In this document: one piece after another, positions 24,665 through 32,319 of the stretch | Numbering within the stretch: the first letter of the stretch is position 1 | Layout: each line of letters starts with the position of its first letter | Position numbers and translations under genes: made by a program | Assembly (NCBI GenBank): GCA_003650185.1 | Contig: QMOF01000001.1 | Coordinates: 1 to 33,489, forward strand | Source: Chloroflexota bacterium | Lineage (GTDB): Bacteria; Chloroflexota; Dehalococcoidia; UBA2247; RBG-13-53-26 | Reading direction: 5' to 3' | DNA: 33,489 nt | Notes under the pieces: model-generated | Database searches by the model: none | Told to the model about the DNA's origin: nothing | The model's input: only the letters and a program-made list of their open reading frames with translations

Positions 24665-25687
24665 ATGGCTGGTATTATCGGCTATGGAGTCTACGTTCCC
24701 CGGTATAGATTGAAGCAGGCAGATGCAGCCATCCCGTGGGGAGGCTTCGGAATGGGTGAGAAGTCAGTCTGCGGCTGGGATGAGGACATCATCAGCATGG
24801 CTGCCGAGGCACTCGAGAACGCCGTCAACCATTCCGGCGTTAACGCATCTGACATCGGCGCCCTCTACCTTGGCACTGCTTCTTCGCCATATATTGAACA
24901 ACATGTGGCCCCAATTCTGGCAGAGACGCTGGGCCTGTCCCCCGAAGTGTCTGTGTTGGACTACTGCGGTTCTATTAACGCGGTCGCCGCAGCTTTGCTC
25001 TCCTGCCTGGACGCTATCGAGGCCAAGAGGATCAAGACAGGCATCGTCGTCGGGACCGAGAACCGGCGGGTGGGGCCGGGTACTGAAGGCGAGGTCAGTT
25101 TCGGCGCCGCCGCAGTGGCCCTAGTAATTGGAGACTCAGACACCATCGCCGATATCGAGGGTCGGCAGACGTACTCCACCCTGTTCTATGACAGGTGGCG
25201 GGCGGCAAAAGACAGCTGGGTGTCCAACTACTTTGACTACAGATTCGCGCGCGAATACGGATACCAGAGGCATGTCAGCGGAGCCTGCAAGGGCTTGTTG
25301 GAGAACCTCCAGCGGAAAGGCGATGATTACGACCACGTAGTCTTCCACCAGCCGGACGGCAGGCTTCCCGCACTGGCTGCCCGTGACCTCAAGATCAATC
25401 CCCAGAAGCTGGCTCCAGACCTGACCGGGGCGTTGGGTGACCTGGGCGGCTGCTCTCCTTTCGTTTCTCTGGCCGGCATCCTGGACAACGCCAAGCCTGG
25501 GGCCAAGGTACTTGTCTGCTCTTACGGCTCGGGCCGTAGCGACGCCTTTAGCTTGGTGGTGGGCAACCAGATAGAGAAGAAGAGGGGCAACGGCATTCCT
25601 TTGGAAAAGTACATGGCACGGAAGGCGTATCTCGATTACCCCACTTACCTCCGCCTGACCAACAACCTGGTACGCGCGCCTTACTAG
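24665..25687 (+). CDS. HMG-CoA synthase-like condensing-enzyme family protein (archaeal short type), atypical active site
   Basis: 340 aa. GIIGYGVYVPRYRLK....A..WG....GEKSV.GWDEDIISMA.EA is present. Cys is present (DYCGSINAVAAAL) and so is His (VVFHQPDGRLP). However, the GSES.PY motif reads GTASSPY, so the catalytic Glu position is Ala (codon 24878-24880). Confidence 0.8.
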   Translation: MAGIIGYGVYVPRYRLKQADAAIPWGGFGMGEKSVCGWDEDIISMAAEALENAVNHSGVNASDIGALYLGTASSPYIEQHVAPILAETLGLSPEVSVLDYCGSINAVAAALLSCLDAIEAKRIKTGIVVGTENRRVGPGTEGEVSFGAAAVALVIGDSDTIADIEGRQTYSTLFYDRWRAAKDSWVSNYFDYRFAREYGYQRHVSGACKGLLENLQRKGDDYDHVVFHQPDGRLPALAARDLKINPQKLAPDLTGALGDLGGCSPFVSLAGILDNAKPGAKVLVCSYGSGRSDAFSLVVGNQIEKKRGNGIPLEKYMARKAYLDYPTYLRLTNNLVRAPY

Positions 25688-25723
25688 GTGCGGCATACAA
25701 CTAATACCCGGCAGAAATTGAAG

Positions 25724-25751
25724 GAAGCCCGAGGATGCATCCTCGGGCTTC
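25724..25751. terminator. bidirectional terminator hairpin between convergent genes
   Basis: A perfect 28-nt palindrome, GAAGCCCGAGGATGCATCCTCGGGCTTC, lies between the HMGCS-like stop (25687) and the meaB stop (25793). The T tract is weak. Confidence 0.6.
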
Positions 25752-25792
25752 TGATTACCTTGCCTCTCGGCTCGCTGTAGAGTGTCGACCGC

Positions 25793-26785
25793 TCAGCCGC
25801 CGACCTGCCTGCGTTTCTCCCTCGCCCGCTGCAACCAGTTCTCAATCAGCGCTTCATTGGTAAGGATGTCTCTGGCCACAGTGTAGGGGTCAGCCTCACC
25901 GCTCTCCACTTTCTCAAAGTACTTGGCCATCTGTCTGTCGCTCTCGATCTCTTGCGTGATCTCCGTCATCACGCTGTACTCGATAGTCCGGAGCAAGTCA
26001 TTCCTCCGCTGGCCCGATCGCTTGGCGGCAAGCCGACCACTCTCCTCCAGCGCCTGTCGGTGCCGCTCGATCTGCCGATATAGCTCATCGATTCCCACGT
26101 CGTTGACGGCCTGGGTAGCCACCACGGGCACGTCCCACCACGACTGCTTCGGACTCTCGTGCAGCATTCCCTCCAGTTCAGCCACCAGGTACTCCGCCCC
26201 CGGGCGGTCAGCCTTGTTCACGACGAAGACATCCGCAATCTCCATCAGTCCAGCTTTCATCGTCTGAACGCTGTCACCTGCTCCCGGAACGAGGACAACC
26301 ACAGTGGTATCCGTCGCCTCTATTATGTCAATCTCGGTCTGTCCCACCCCCACCGTCTCCACGAAAATGATGTCCTTACCACAAGCATCGAACACCTTTA
26401 CCACACTGGATGCAGTCCTGGGCAGCCCTCCAGGGCTGCCCCTGGTTGCCATGCTGCGGATAAACACACCCTCGTCCAGGTAATGCTGCGGCATCCTCAC
26501 CCGGTCTCCCAGTATCGCACCACCAGAGAAGGGACTGGTTGGATCGGCAGCCACTATTGCCACCTCGAGCCCTTTTTCTCTGGCGATAGATGCCAGTTTG
26601 CCCACCAGAGTGCTCTTGCCCGCGCCCGGCGGCCCTGTGATACCCACAGAATAGCCCTTGCCGCTACGAGGATACACAGCCCTCATTACGTCCCTCGCCT
26701 CAGGCCCTCCCCTCTCCACCAGCGTAACCAGCTTTGCCAGGGCCTGCCTATCACCAGCCAGCGCCCGCTCGATTAGTTCCATCAT
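25793..26785 (-). CDS. meaB: methylmalonyl-CoA-mutase-associated G-protein chaperone (MeaB/ArgK family)
   Basis: 330 aa. It has the P-loop GITGPPGAGKSTLVGKL, AVDPTSPFSGGAILGDR-like motifs, and VNKADR (NKxD). Confidence 0.9.
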   Translation of the reverse strand: MMELIERALAGDRQALAKLVTLVERGGPEARDVMRAVYPRSGKGYSVGITGPPGAGKSTLVGKLASIAREKGLEVAIVAADPTSPFSGGAILGDRVRMPQHYLDEGVFIRSMATRGSPGGLPRTASSVVKVFDACGKDIIFVETVGVGQTEIDIIEATDTTVVVLVPGAGDSVQTMKAGLMEIADVFVVNKADRPGAEYLVAELEGMLHESPKQSWWDVPVVATQAVNDVGIDELYRQIERHRQALEESGRLAAKRSGQRRNDLLRTIEYSVMTEITQEIESDRQMAKYFEKVESGEADPYTVARDILTNEALIENWLQRAREKRRQVGG

Positions 26786-26849
26786 TACCTTTCCTCGTAC
26801 GATCTAACCCTGCCGTCGCTCCAGAGAACCATCCGTTCGTGCCCAGCTT

Positions 26850-26878
26850 TTGCAATAGCAGCACAGTACTGATATTAT
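26850..26878 (+). promoter_or_regulatory. candidate promoter of the mutase operon (divergent from meaB)
   Basis: TTGCAA (26850-26855), 17 nt, TATTAT (26873-26878), followed by AAT. This is the only AT-rich patch of the intergenic region. Confidence 0.5.
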
Positions 26879-26973
26879 AATAAGCGACCACACGATTTCA
26901 AACGTCTCAGAACATGCTCAACAGGGGGCCGTTCGCGGCCCTCCGGCTAGGGGACAGGACAAGGAGGCACCAT

Positions 26974-28575
26974 ATGGCTGGTAGCGATGAGGGTAAAGTC
27001 ACCACGGCATCCGGTGTCCCGGTAAAGGACATCTACACGCCTGATGACATCAAGCACATAGACTACGAGAGAGATATCGGGATACCAGGTAAGCCTCCCT
27101 TCACTCGGGGCGTCTACGCTACCATGTACAGGGGACAGCTATGGACTATCAGGCGCCTGACCGGGTTCAACACACCTGAGGACACCAACCGTCGCTATCG
27201 GGAAGAGTACGAGTTGGGGCAGACAGGCTTCTCCATAGCCCCTGACATCTCAACAGCCGTCGGCATGGACGCCGACGACCCCAGGGTATCGGCCGACGTC
27301 GGCCATGCTGGTGTGCCCATATACTCCGTTGAGGATATGGAGACGGTCTTCAACGGTCTGCCTATAGAGAAATGCTCCACCTTTCTGGCTGACAGGGTAG
27401 GGGGACTGCTAACGCCAGCCTACTTCCTCATGGCCGAGAAGCGGGGTATACCGCTCAACCAGGTCAGGGGCACCACCGCCAACGATCTTTGCACCTGGAG
27501 CTCGATTGACCTGTTCAACCAGCCGCCGCCCGATGGCTTCTTGCGGTATGCTGTGGACCTCATCGAGTGGTGTACCCAGAACGCGCCGCGGTGGTATCCG
27601 GTATCCTTCAACTCTTACAACCCGCGGGATAACGGCATAAACGCCGTCCAGGAGATGGGCATGCTCATGGCGACTGTCATCCAGTACGTCGAGGAAGCGA
27701 AACGCCGTGGGCGGGTGCCTCTCGACAGGTTCGTCCGGCGCTTCGCTTTCAACATGGCAATGCACAGCGACTTCTTCGAAGAAATAGCCAAACTCCGGGC
27801 CTCACGCCGCCTGCTGCAGAGGATTATGAAGGAAAGGTACGGCATCGAAGACCCCGCCTGTGGTCAGCTTCGTGTCCACGTCCAGAGTTCAGGCTCAACC
27901 CATACCCACCAGGAACCTTTGAACAACCTGGTCCGCATTGCCTACCAGGTTATGGCTGGCGTCCTGGGTGGGGCACAGTCGATACACGCCAACGGGTATG
28001 ATGAAGCAGTCTGCCTTCCCACCGATCAGGCAATGCTGCTGGCCATCAGAACGGAACAAATCGTCGCCCTGGAGACGAATGTCACCAACACGGTTGACCC
28101 ACTGGGTGGCTCGTACTACATCGAGAGCCTCACGAAAGAACTGGAAGAGCGCGCCTGGGACTATATCAAGAAGATCGAGGACCAAGGTGGCATGGCCGAA
28201 GCCATCAAGTCCGGCTGGATTCATAGGGAATACAAGAAGGCCATAATCGAGCATGAGCGCAAGCTGGCGTCCGGCGAGATCACAGTTGTAGGAGTGAACA
28301 AGTTTCGCCTGGAAAAGGAACCCTATGAGGTACCCATCTTCAGGCCTGACCCCAGGTCGCCTGACATCCTGATCGAAAGGGTCAAGCGCCTTCGCGAGCA
28401 AAGGGACGATGCGGAGGTCGCCCGAGCGCTAAAGAATCTTGAGGCGGTTGTTCGCAGCGAGGAGAATACTTTCCCTGCCATAATGGAAGCTGTCAAAGCT
28501 CATGTCACCCCGGGCGAGATGGCGAGAATCCAGCTCGAAGTCTATGGACCATGGACCTACCCCATCGGGGGATAG
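26974..28575 (+). CDS. B12-dependent acyl-CoA mutase large (substrate-binding TIM-barrel) subunit, divergent subclass, paralogue 1
   Basis: AAGGAGG lies 6 nt upstream of ATG 26974, so the track start at 26914 is too long. PFTRGVYATMYRGQLWTIRR..GF, VQSSG and TNVTNTVDPLGGSYYIESLT are family motifs. The canonical substrate residues are replaced (see findings). Confidence 0.85.
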   Translation: MAGSDEGKVTTASGVPVKDIYTPDDIKHIDYERDIGIPGKPPFTRGVYATMYRGQLWTIRRLTGFNTPEDTNRRYREEYELGQTGFSIAPDISTAVGMDADDPRVSADVGHAGVPIYSVEDMETVFNGLPIEKCSTFLADRVGGLLTPAYFLMAEKRGIPLNQVRGTTANDLCTWSSIDLFNQPPPDGFLRYAVDLIEWCTQNAPRWYPVSFNSYNPRDNGINAVQEMGMLMATVIQYVEEAKRRGRVPLDRFVRRFAFNMAMHSDFFEEIAKLRASRRLLQRIMKERYGIEDPACGQLRVHVQSSGSTHTHQEPLNNLVRIAYQVMAGVLGGAQSIHANGYDEAVCLPTDQAMLLAIRTEQIVALETNVTNTVDPLGGSYYIESLTKELEERAWDYIKKIEDQGGMAEAIKSGWIHREYKKAIIEHERKLASGEITVVGVNKFRLEKEPYEVPIFRPDPRSPDILIERVKRLREQRDDAEVARALKNLEAVVRSEENTFPAIMEAVKAHVTPGEMARIQLEVYGPWTYPIGG

Positions 28576-28593
28576 AAAAAAGGAGAGCGGGCT

Positions 28594-29007
28594 ATGGACA
28601 AGAACAAAGTCAAGATATTGATGGCTAAACCGGGTCTGGAGGGGCATTGGCGTGGGATTATTGCAGTCAGTAGCGCGTTCAGGGATGCTGGTTTCGAGGT
28701 AATATACGGCGGCCATATGCTCCCTGCGGAGATCGCTGCCACGGCTGTCCAGGAAGACGTTGACATAGTCGGCTTGAGCATCCTGTCATCCAACTACATG
28801 CGCCTGGTATCCGAGACGGTAAAGGAACTGAAGGACCGCGGCAGGGGCGATGTCATGATCCTGCTCGGTGGAATCATATACAAGGAAGACTTCCCCGCCC
28901 TTAAAGAAATGGGGGTGGCTGAGATCTTCCTCCCCGGGACTCCACTCGACGAGATCGTCGAATTCGTCCGTCGCAATACCTCCGAGGCTTCCCAGAAGGT
29001 AAGTTAG
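28594..29007 (+). CDS. cobalamin-binding small subunit of acyl-CoA mutase
   Basis: 137 aa. The Rossmann-like B12-binding domain has KILMAKPGLEGHWRG (a variant of DxHxxG), VGLSILSS and ILLGGII. Confidence 0.85.
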   Translation: MDKNKVKILMAKPGLEGHWRGIIAVSSAFRDAGFEVIYGGHMLPAEIAATAVQEDVDIVGLSILSSNYMRLVSETVKELKDRGRGDVMILLGGIIYKEDFPALKEMGVAEIFLPGTPLDEIVEFVRRNTSEASQKVS

Positions 29008-29053
29008 ACACACCAGCGCAGCGCCCCTAAGTCTGCCAGCGAAGGAGACCGCA

Positions 29054-30649
29054 ATGGCTGATGGACAGCAGGTTTGTTCGGCATCGGGCATCCCGATAAA
29101 GAATATCTACACCCCAGAGGACACCAAAGACATAGACTACGATAGGGACCTTGGCCTTGCAGGGCAACCCCCTTTCACCCGTGGAGTATACCCTACCATG
29201 TACCGCGGCAGACTGTGGACCATCAGGCGGTTGAGCGGGTTTAACACCCCCGAGGAGACTAACAAGCTCTACAGGGAAGAATACGAGCTGGGCCAGACGG
29301 GCTTCTCGGTAGCCCCGGACGTCTCTACGGTAGTCGGGCTCGACGCCGATGACCCCTGGGTCACTGCCGATATCGGGCACGCGGGCGTGCCCATGTCTTC
29401 CCTTGAAGATGTCCAGGCCACCTTTGAAGGTCTGCCGATAGAGAAGGTTTCGACGTACATGGCAGACAGGTGTGGCGCAGTCAACACAGCCATGTACTTT
29501 GTCATGGCCGAAGAGAGAGGCCTGGACCTCCAGGAGATCAGGGGCACCACGGCGAACGACCTGCTTAGCTGGAGCGTTCCCGCTCTGATCAATCAGCCAC
29601 CACCTCAGGCATACGTCAGGTATGCCGTTGACTTCATCGAGTGGTGCACCGAGCACGCTCCAAAGTGGAACCCGGTCTCGTTCGACTCCTACAACGCCAG
29701 GGACTGCGGTCTGAACGCAGTCCAGGAGCTGGGCATGCTCATGGCCACCGCTATTCAGTATATTGAGGAGGAGAAGAAAAGGGGCAGAGTGTCCCTTGAC
29801 CGGTTCGTCAGGCGCTTTTCTTTCAACACAGGTCTGCACAACGACTTCTTCGAGGAGATTGCCAAGCTGCGCGCCGCCCGCCGGATGTGGCACAGGGTTA
29901 TCCGGGAGAGGTATGGTATCGAAGACCCGCGCTGCGCCTTGTTCCGAGTGCACGTTCAGAGCTCCGGCTCGACGCACACCACCCAGGAACCGCTGAACAA
30001 CGTGATCCGAATCGCCTACCAAGTGCTGGCCGGCGTTCTCGGCGGGGCCCAGTCAATACATGCCAACGGCTACGATGAGGGTGTCTGTCTGCCCACTGAC
30101 CAGTCCATGCTCCTGTCCATCAGAACGGAGCAGATAGCTGCCCTGGAGACAAATGTGACCAACACCATAGACCCTGTTGGCGGTTCGTACTACGTCGAAT
30201 CATTGACCAACCAGATCGAGGAACGTGCCTGGCAGTACGTGCAGAAGATCGAGGATATGGGCGGCATGGCGGAGGCTATAGCCTGCGGATGGGTCCACAG
30301 GGAGTACATGGACGCTACGATTGAGCATGAACGCAGGCTGGCGTCGGGGGACATTACCATTGTGGGCGTGAACAAGTTCCGTATGGAGAAGGAACCATAT
30401 GAGGTGCCCATCTTCCGATGGGACCCTGAGGCACCTGACAAACAGATCGAGAGGCTCAAGAAGTTCAAGAAGAACCGCGATCAGTCCCGGGTTAACCAGG
30501 CGCTGCAGGAACTTGAGAGAGTCACCCGCAGCGGGGAGAACGTCTACCCGGCAGTTATGGAGGCGGTCAGGGCTGGGGGCACATTGGGGGAGATAGCCGG
30601 CGTGCAGCACAAGGTCTATGGCGTCTGGCACCATCCCATAGGAGTGTAG
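29054..30649 (+). CDS. B12-dependent acyl-CoA mutase large subunit, divergent subclass, paralogue 2
   Basis: 531 aa, collinear with paralogue 1 over the full length (high identity by eye). It carries the same non-canonical active-site substitutions. GAAGGAG SD. Confidence 0.85.
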   Translation: MADGQQVCSASGIPIKNIYTPEDTKDIDYDRDLGLAGQPPFTRGVYPTMYRGRLWTIRRLSGFNTPEETNKLYREEYELGQTGFSVAPDVSTVVGLDADDPWVTADIGHAGVPMSSLEDVQATFEGLPIEKVSTYMADRCGAVNTAMYFVMAEERGLDLQEIRGTTANDLLSWSVPALINQPPPQAYVRYAVDFIEWCTEHAPKWNPVSFDSYNARDCGLNAVQELGMLMATAIQYIEEEKKRGRVSLDRFVRRFSFNTGLHNDFFEEIAKLRAARRMWHRVIRERYGIEDPRCALFRVHVQSSGSTHTTQEPLNNVIRIAYQVLAGVLGGAQSIHANGYDEGVCLPTDQSMLLSIRTEQIAALETNVTNTIDPVGGSYYVESLTNQIEERAWQYVQKIEDMGGMAEAIACGWVHREYMDATIEHERRLASGDITIVGVNKFRMEKEPYEVPIFRWDPEAPDKQIERLKKFKKNRDQSRVNQALQELERVTRSGENVYPAVMEAVRAGGTLGEIAGVQHKVYGVWHHPIGV

Positions 30650-30684
30650 GGCGGCAGACGTTTTCCTGCTACGGCAAGCATAGG

Positions 30685-30725
30685 ACAGCCGGTGAACCGC
30701 GCTGACCACCTGGTTCACCGGCTGT
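30685..30725 (+). terminator. terminator-like hairpin after the mutase operon
   Basis: A 14-bp perfect stem: ACAGCCGGTGAACC (30685-30698), a 13-nt loop, GGTTCACCGGCTGT (30712-30725). No U tract follows. Confidence 0.5.
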
Positions 30726-30763
30726 TCAGAGAGTCGGGCGTGTTGTGCCATGCGGCATTCAGC

Positions 30764-30792
30764 TTGACACACGGCAGGGGCTAATCTATACT
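30764..30792 (+). promoter_or_regulatory. near-consensus sigma-70 promoter
   Basis: TTGACA (30764-30769), exactly 17 nt, TATACT (30787-30792). The next start codon on this strand is 31217. Confidence 0.6.
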
Positions 30793-30799
30793 TTAGACA

Positions 30800-31216
30800 G
30801 TGCCTGGGTTCAGTTCCGAGGTGAGTGAAGCAATGGGGGTTCGTGTCTACTGCAGGCGCAGGCGCTTGGGTAGCAGCGGTGATCGGAGCAGAACGTCAGT
30901 CAGGAAAGGGCATCGGGCGTCAGGCAAATCCGGGCAGTCCGCCCACAGCACATCGTTGATCGTATGACTGTTCCCGCAAAGGTTACTCCCCCCAAGGTGT
31001 TGACTTCTGAATTGCCACCCGAGGGTGTAAACTGTCGGCCAGCGTTGTGAGTTGGAGAAACAGGCTGCGGGGAGCCAGGCCGTGGGGCTGGACATCAGGA
31101 CACCGGCTTGTGATGGCAGTGCCTGTGATATCCCTTGTTCCTTAGCGGCAACGAAGGAAAGCGTTTGCCGCAGCGGGCAAGGGTAGCCGGAAAAGCCAGC
31201 TGTCAAGGAGGAGCAA
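30800..31216 (+). promoter_or_regulatory. ~420-nt untranslated leader, candidate cis-regulatory RNA (weak cobalamin-riboswitch-like motifs)
   Basis: No plus-strand ORF of 60 aa or more is present. Three ordered motifs are AAAGGG..CAAATCCGGGCAGTCCGCCCAC (30905-30946), GCCACCC (31014-31020) and the B12-box-like ATCAGGACACCGGC (31094-31107). A strong hairpin lies at 31145-31171. TCCTT (31139-31143) can pair with the SD AAGGA (31205-31209). Confidence 0.3.
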
Positions 31217-31681
31217 ATGAGCGTCAAGGACCCGTCGTGGTTGGCCCAGTACCTGAATAGCGGCAAGAAGGTCTTGATCATGGCCGGTGCTTTGTGCGAC
31301 AAGACTGAACTGGGAGACAAGATCCTGCTCGACTACGCAGCCGATATGGCCAAGAAGACGGGATTCCCCGTAGCTGCTACCGGCAACACGGTGAACGGAC
31401 TGAGGGCCAGAGGGATCGACACCAAGAAGGCGTGGGCAGTGGAGATGGTGAATTTCATGCGCTACGACTGGCAGCACCCGATCAGCGACACAAGACCCGA
31501 AGTCTTGGTCCTTATTGGCTACAGTCCGCTGATGACAGCCAATCTGGCCTCCGCGGTAGAGAACGCGGAGACGGTCGCTCTCGGGAGTAGGTACGTCCCG
31601 GAGGCGACCTACTCCCTGCCAGATGTCACCTCTTTCCAGCAGTGGCAGCAGGAGCTGTCAGAGTTGGTGCAAGCTCTCTGA
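31217..31681 (+). CDS. DHS-like Rossmann protein resembling CO dehydrogenase/acetyl-CoA synthase epsilon subunit (CdhB family); function unknown here
   Basis: 154 aa with a strong SD (AAGGAGGAG). GKKVLIMAGALC........LLDYAADMAKKTGFPVAATGNT...L and the C-terminal pattern resemble CdhB / the TPP-enzyme middle-domain fold (from memory). It is confidently coding, but the family call is tentative. Confidence 0.55.
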   Translation: MSVKDPSWLAQYLNSGKKVLIMAGALCDKTELGDKILLDYAADMAKKTGFPVAATGNTVNGLRARGIDTKKAWAVEMVNFMRYDWQHPISDTRPEVLVLIGYSPLMTANLASAVENAETVALGSRYVPEATYSLPDVTSFQQWQQELSELVQAL

Positions 31682-31696
31682 CACACGTGCCTTGAC

Positions 31697-32266
31697 ATGG
31701 AACGCCAGACTGAGGGAGCCAAGAAGAGGGTTAGCGACGGTGCCTTCCGGCACTACGTCTTTGAGACCTCAGAGCTGCTCGTCGAGGCGGAGCGGTTTCT
31801 GAAGCAAGTGGGCTATGAACTGAAGCCTACAGCCTTTATCGGCCTAGTCCAGCCGGACTTCCGAGCCAAGCGAAAGACCGACAGCGGCAGCTACGAGGTT
31901 GTTGGCCTAGTGCGAGAGAACCTGGACCAAGCCGTGGAAGCGCTTGTCCGGTTGGCGGCCATCAAGGCCGCAAGGCGTGAACTTGACTGTGTCCTTGTGC
32001 TGCCGCCAGCCAACGAGTACCTGTTGATAGAGTTCCTGAGCGAGGGAAAAGGGCGGTGGTATTTCGGCATCAAGGACACCGGGCTCATGGTCTGGTTCTG
32101 CAACCCGGATGAGCACACGACCATGTGCGCCATCGGCGCACCAGCGGACCGGGACTTCCAGAAGCACTTCTACATGAGCAAGATCAGTTTTGATGGGTAC
32201 ATGGCCACTCGGGGTGCTCACATACTGCAGGAAAGGCTCCTGGCAGAAGAGGAAGAGGACGACTAG
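31697..32266 (+). CDS. hypothetical protein
   Basis: 189 aa with a protein-like composition and an acidic C-terminus (EEEEDD). No SD is present (15 nt after the upstream stop, possibly coupled). I recognise no family. Confidence 0.55.
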   Translation: MERQTEGAKKRVSDGAFRHYVFETSELLVEAERFLKQVGYELKPTAFIGLVQPDFRAKRKTDSGSYEVVGLVRENLDQAVEALVRLAAIKAARRELDCVLVLPPANEYLLIEFLSEGKGRWYFGIKDTGLMVWFCNPDEHTTMCAIGAPADRDFQKHFYMSKISFDGYMATRGAHILQERLLAEEEEDD

Positions 32267-32319
32267 GCCAATGGCCCGGTTATCAGGTGTAGTCCCACAA
32301 TCGAGCAAGGAGGTAAGGC

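Noticed and set aside
26974-30649. The two mutase genes as an assembly duplication artefact or very recent tandem duplication
   Set aside because: The copies are clearly diverged at both protein and DNA level, with many substitutions throughout and different termini. They are separated by a unique B12-subunit gene.
29027-30772. 331-aa and 190-aa minus-strand ORFs
   Set aside because: They lie antisense to mutase paralogue 2 and have no motifs.
30800-31216. Leader as tmRNA, RNase P RNA, SRP RNA or a TPP/FMN/SAM riboswitch
   Set aside because: I checked the hallmark motifs: the tmRNA 5' GGGG..TTCGAC and 3' T-arm/CCA, RNase P GAGGAAAGTCCGGGC, SRP AGGTCAGGTCCGGAAGGAAGCAGC, TPP CTGAGA plus ACCTGATCTGGATAATGCCAGCG, and the FMN and SAM cores. 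None is present beyond short chance similarities.
30847-31320. 157-aa minus-strand ORF covering most of the long leader
   Set aside because: Its translation is Ser/Leu/Pro/Cys-rich, it has no SD, and its 5' end overlaps the well-supported cdhB-like start. The region is better explained as an untranslated plus-strand leader.
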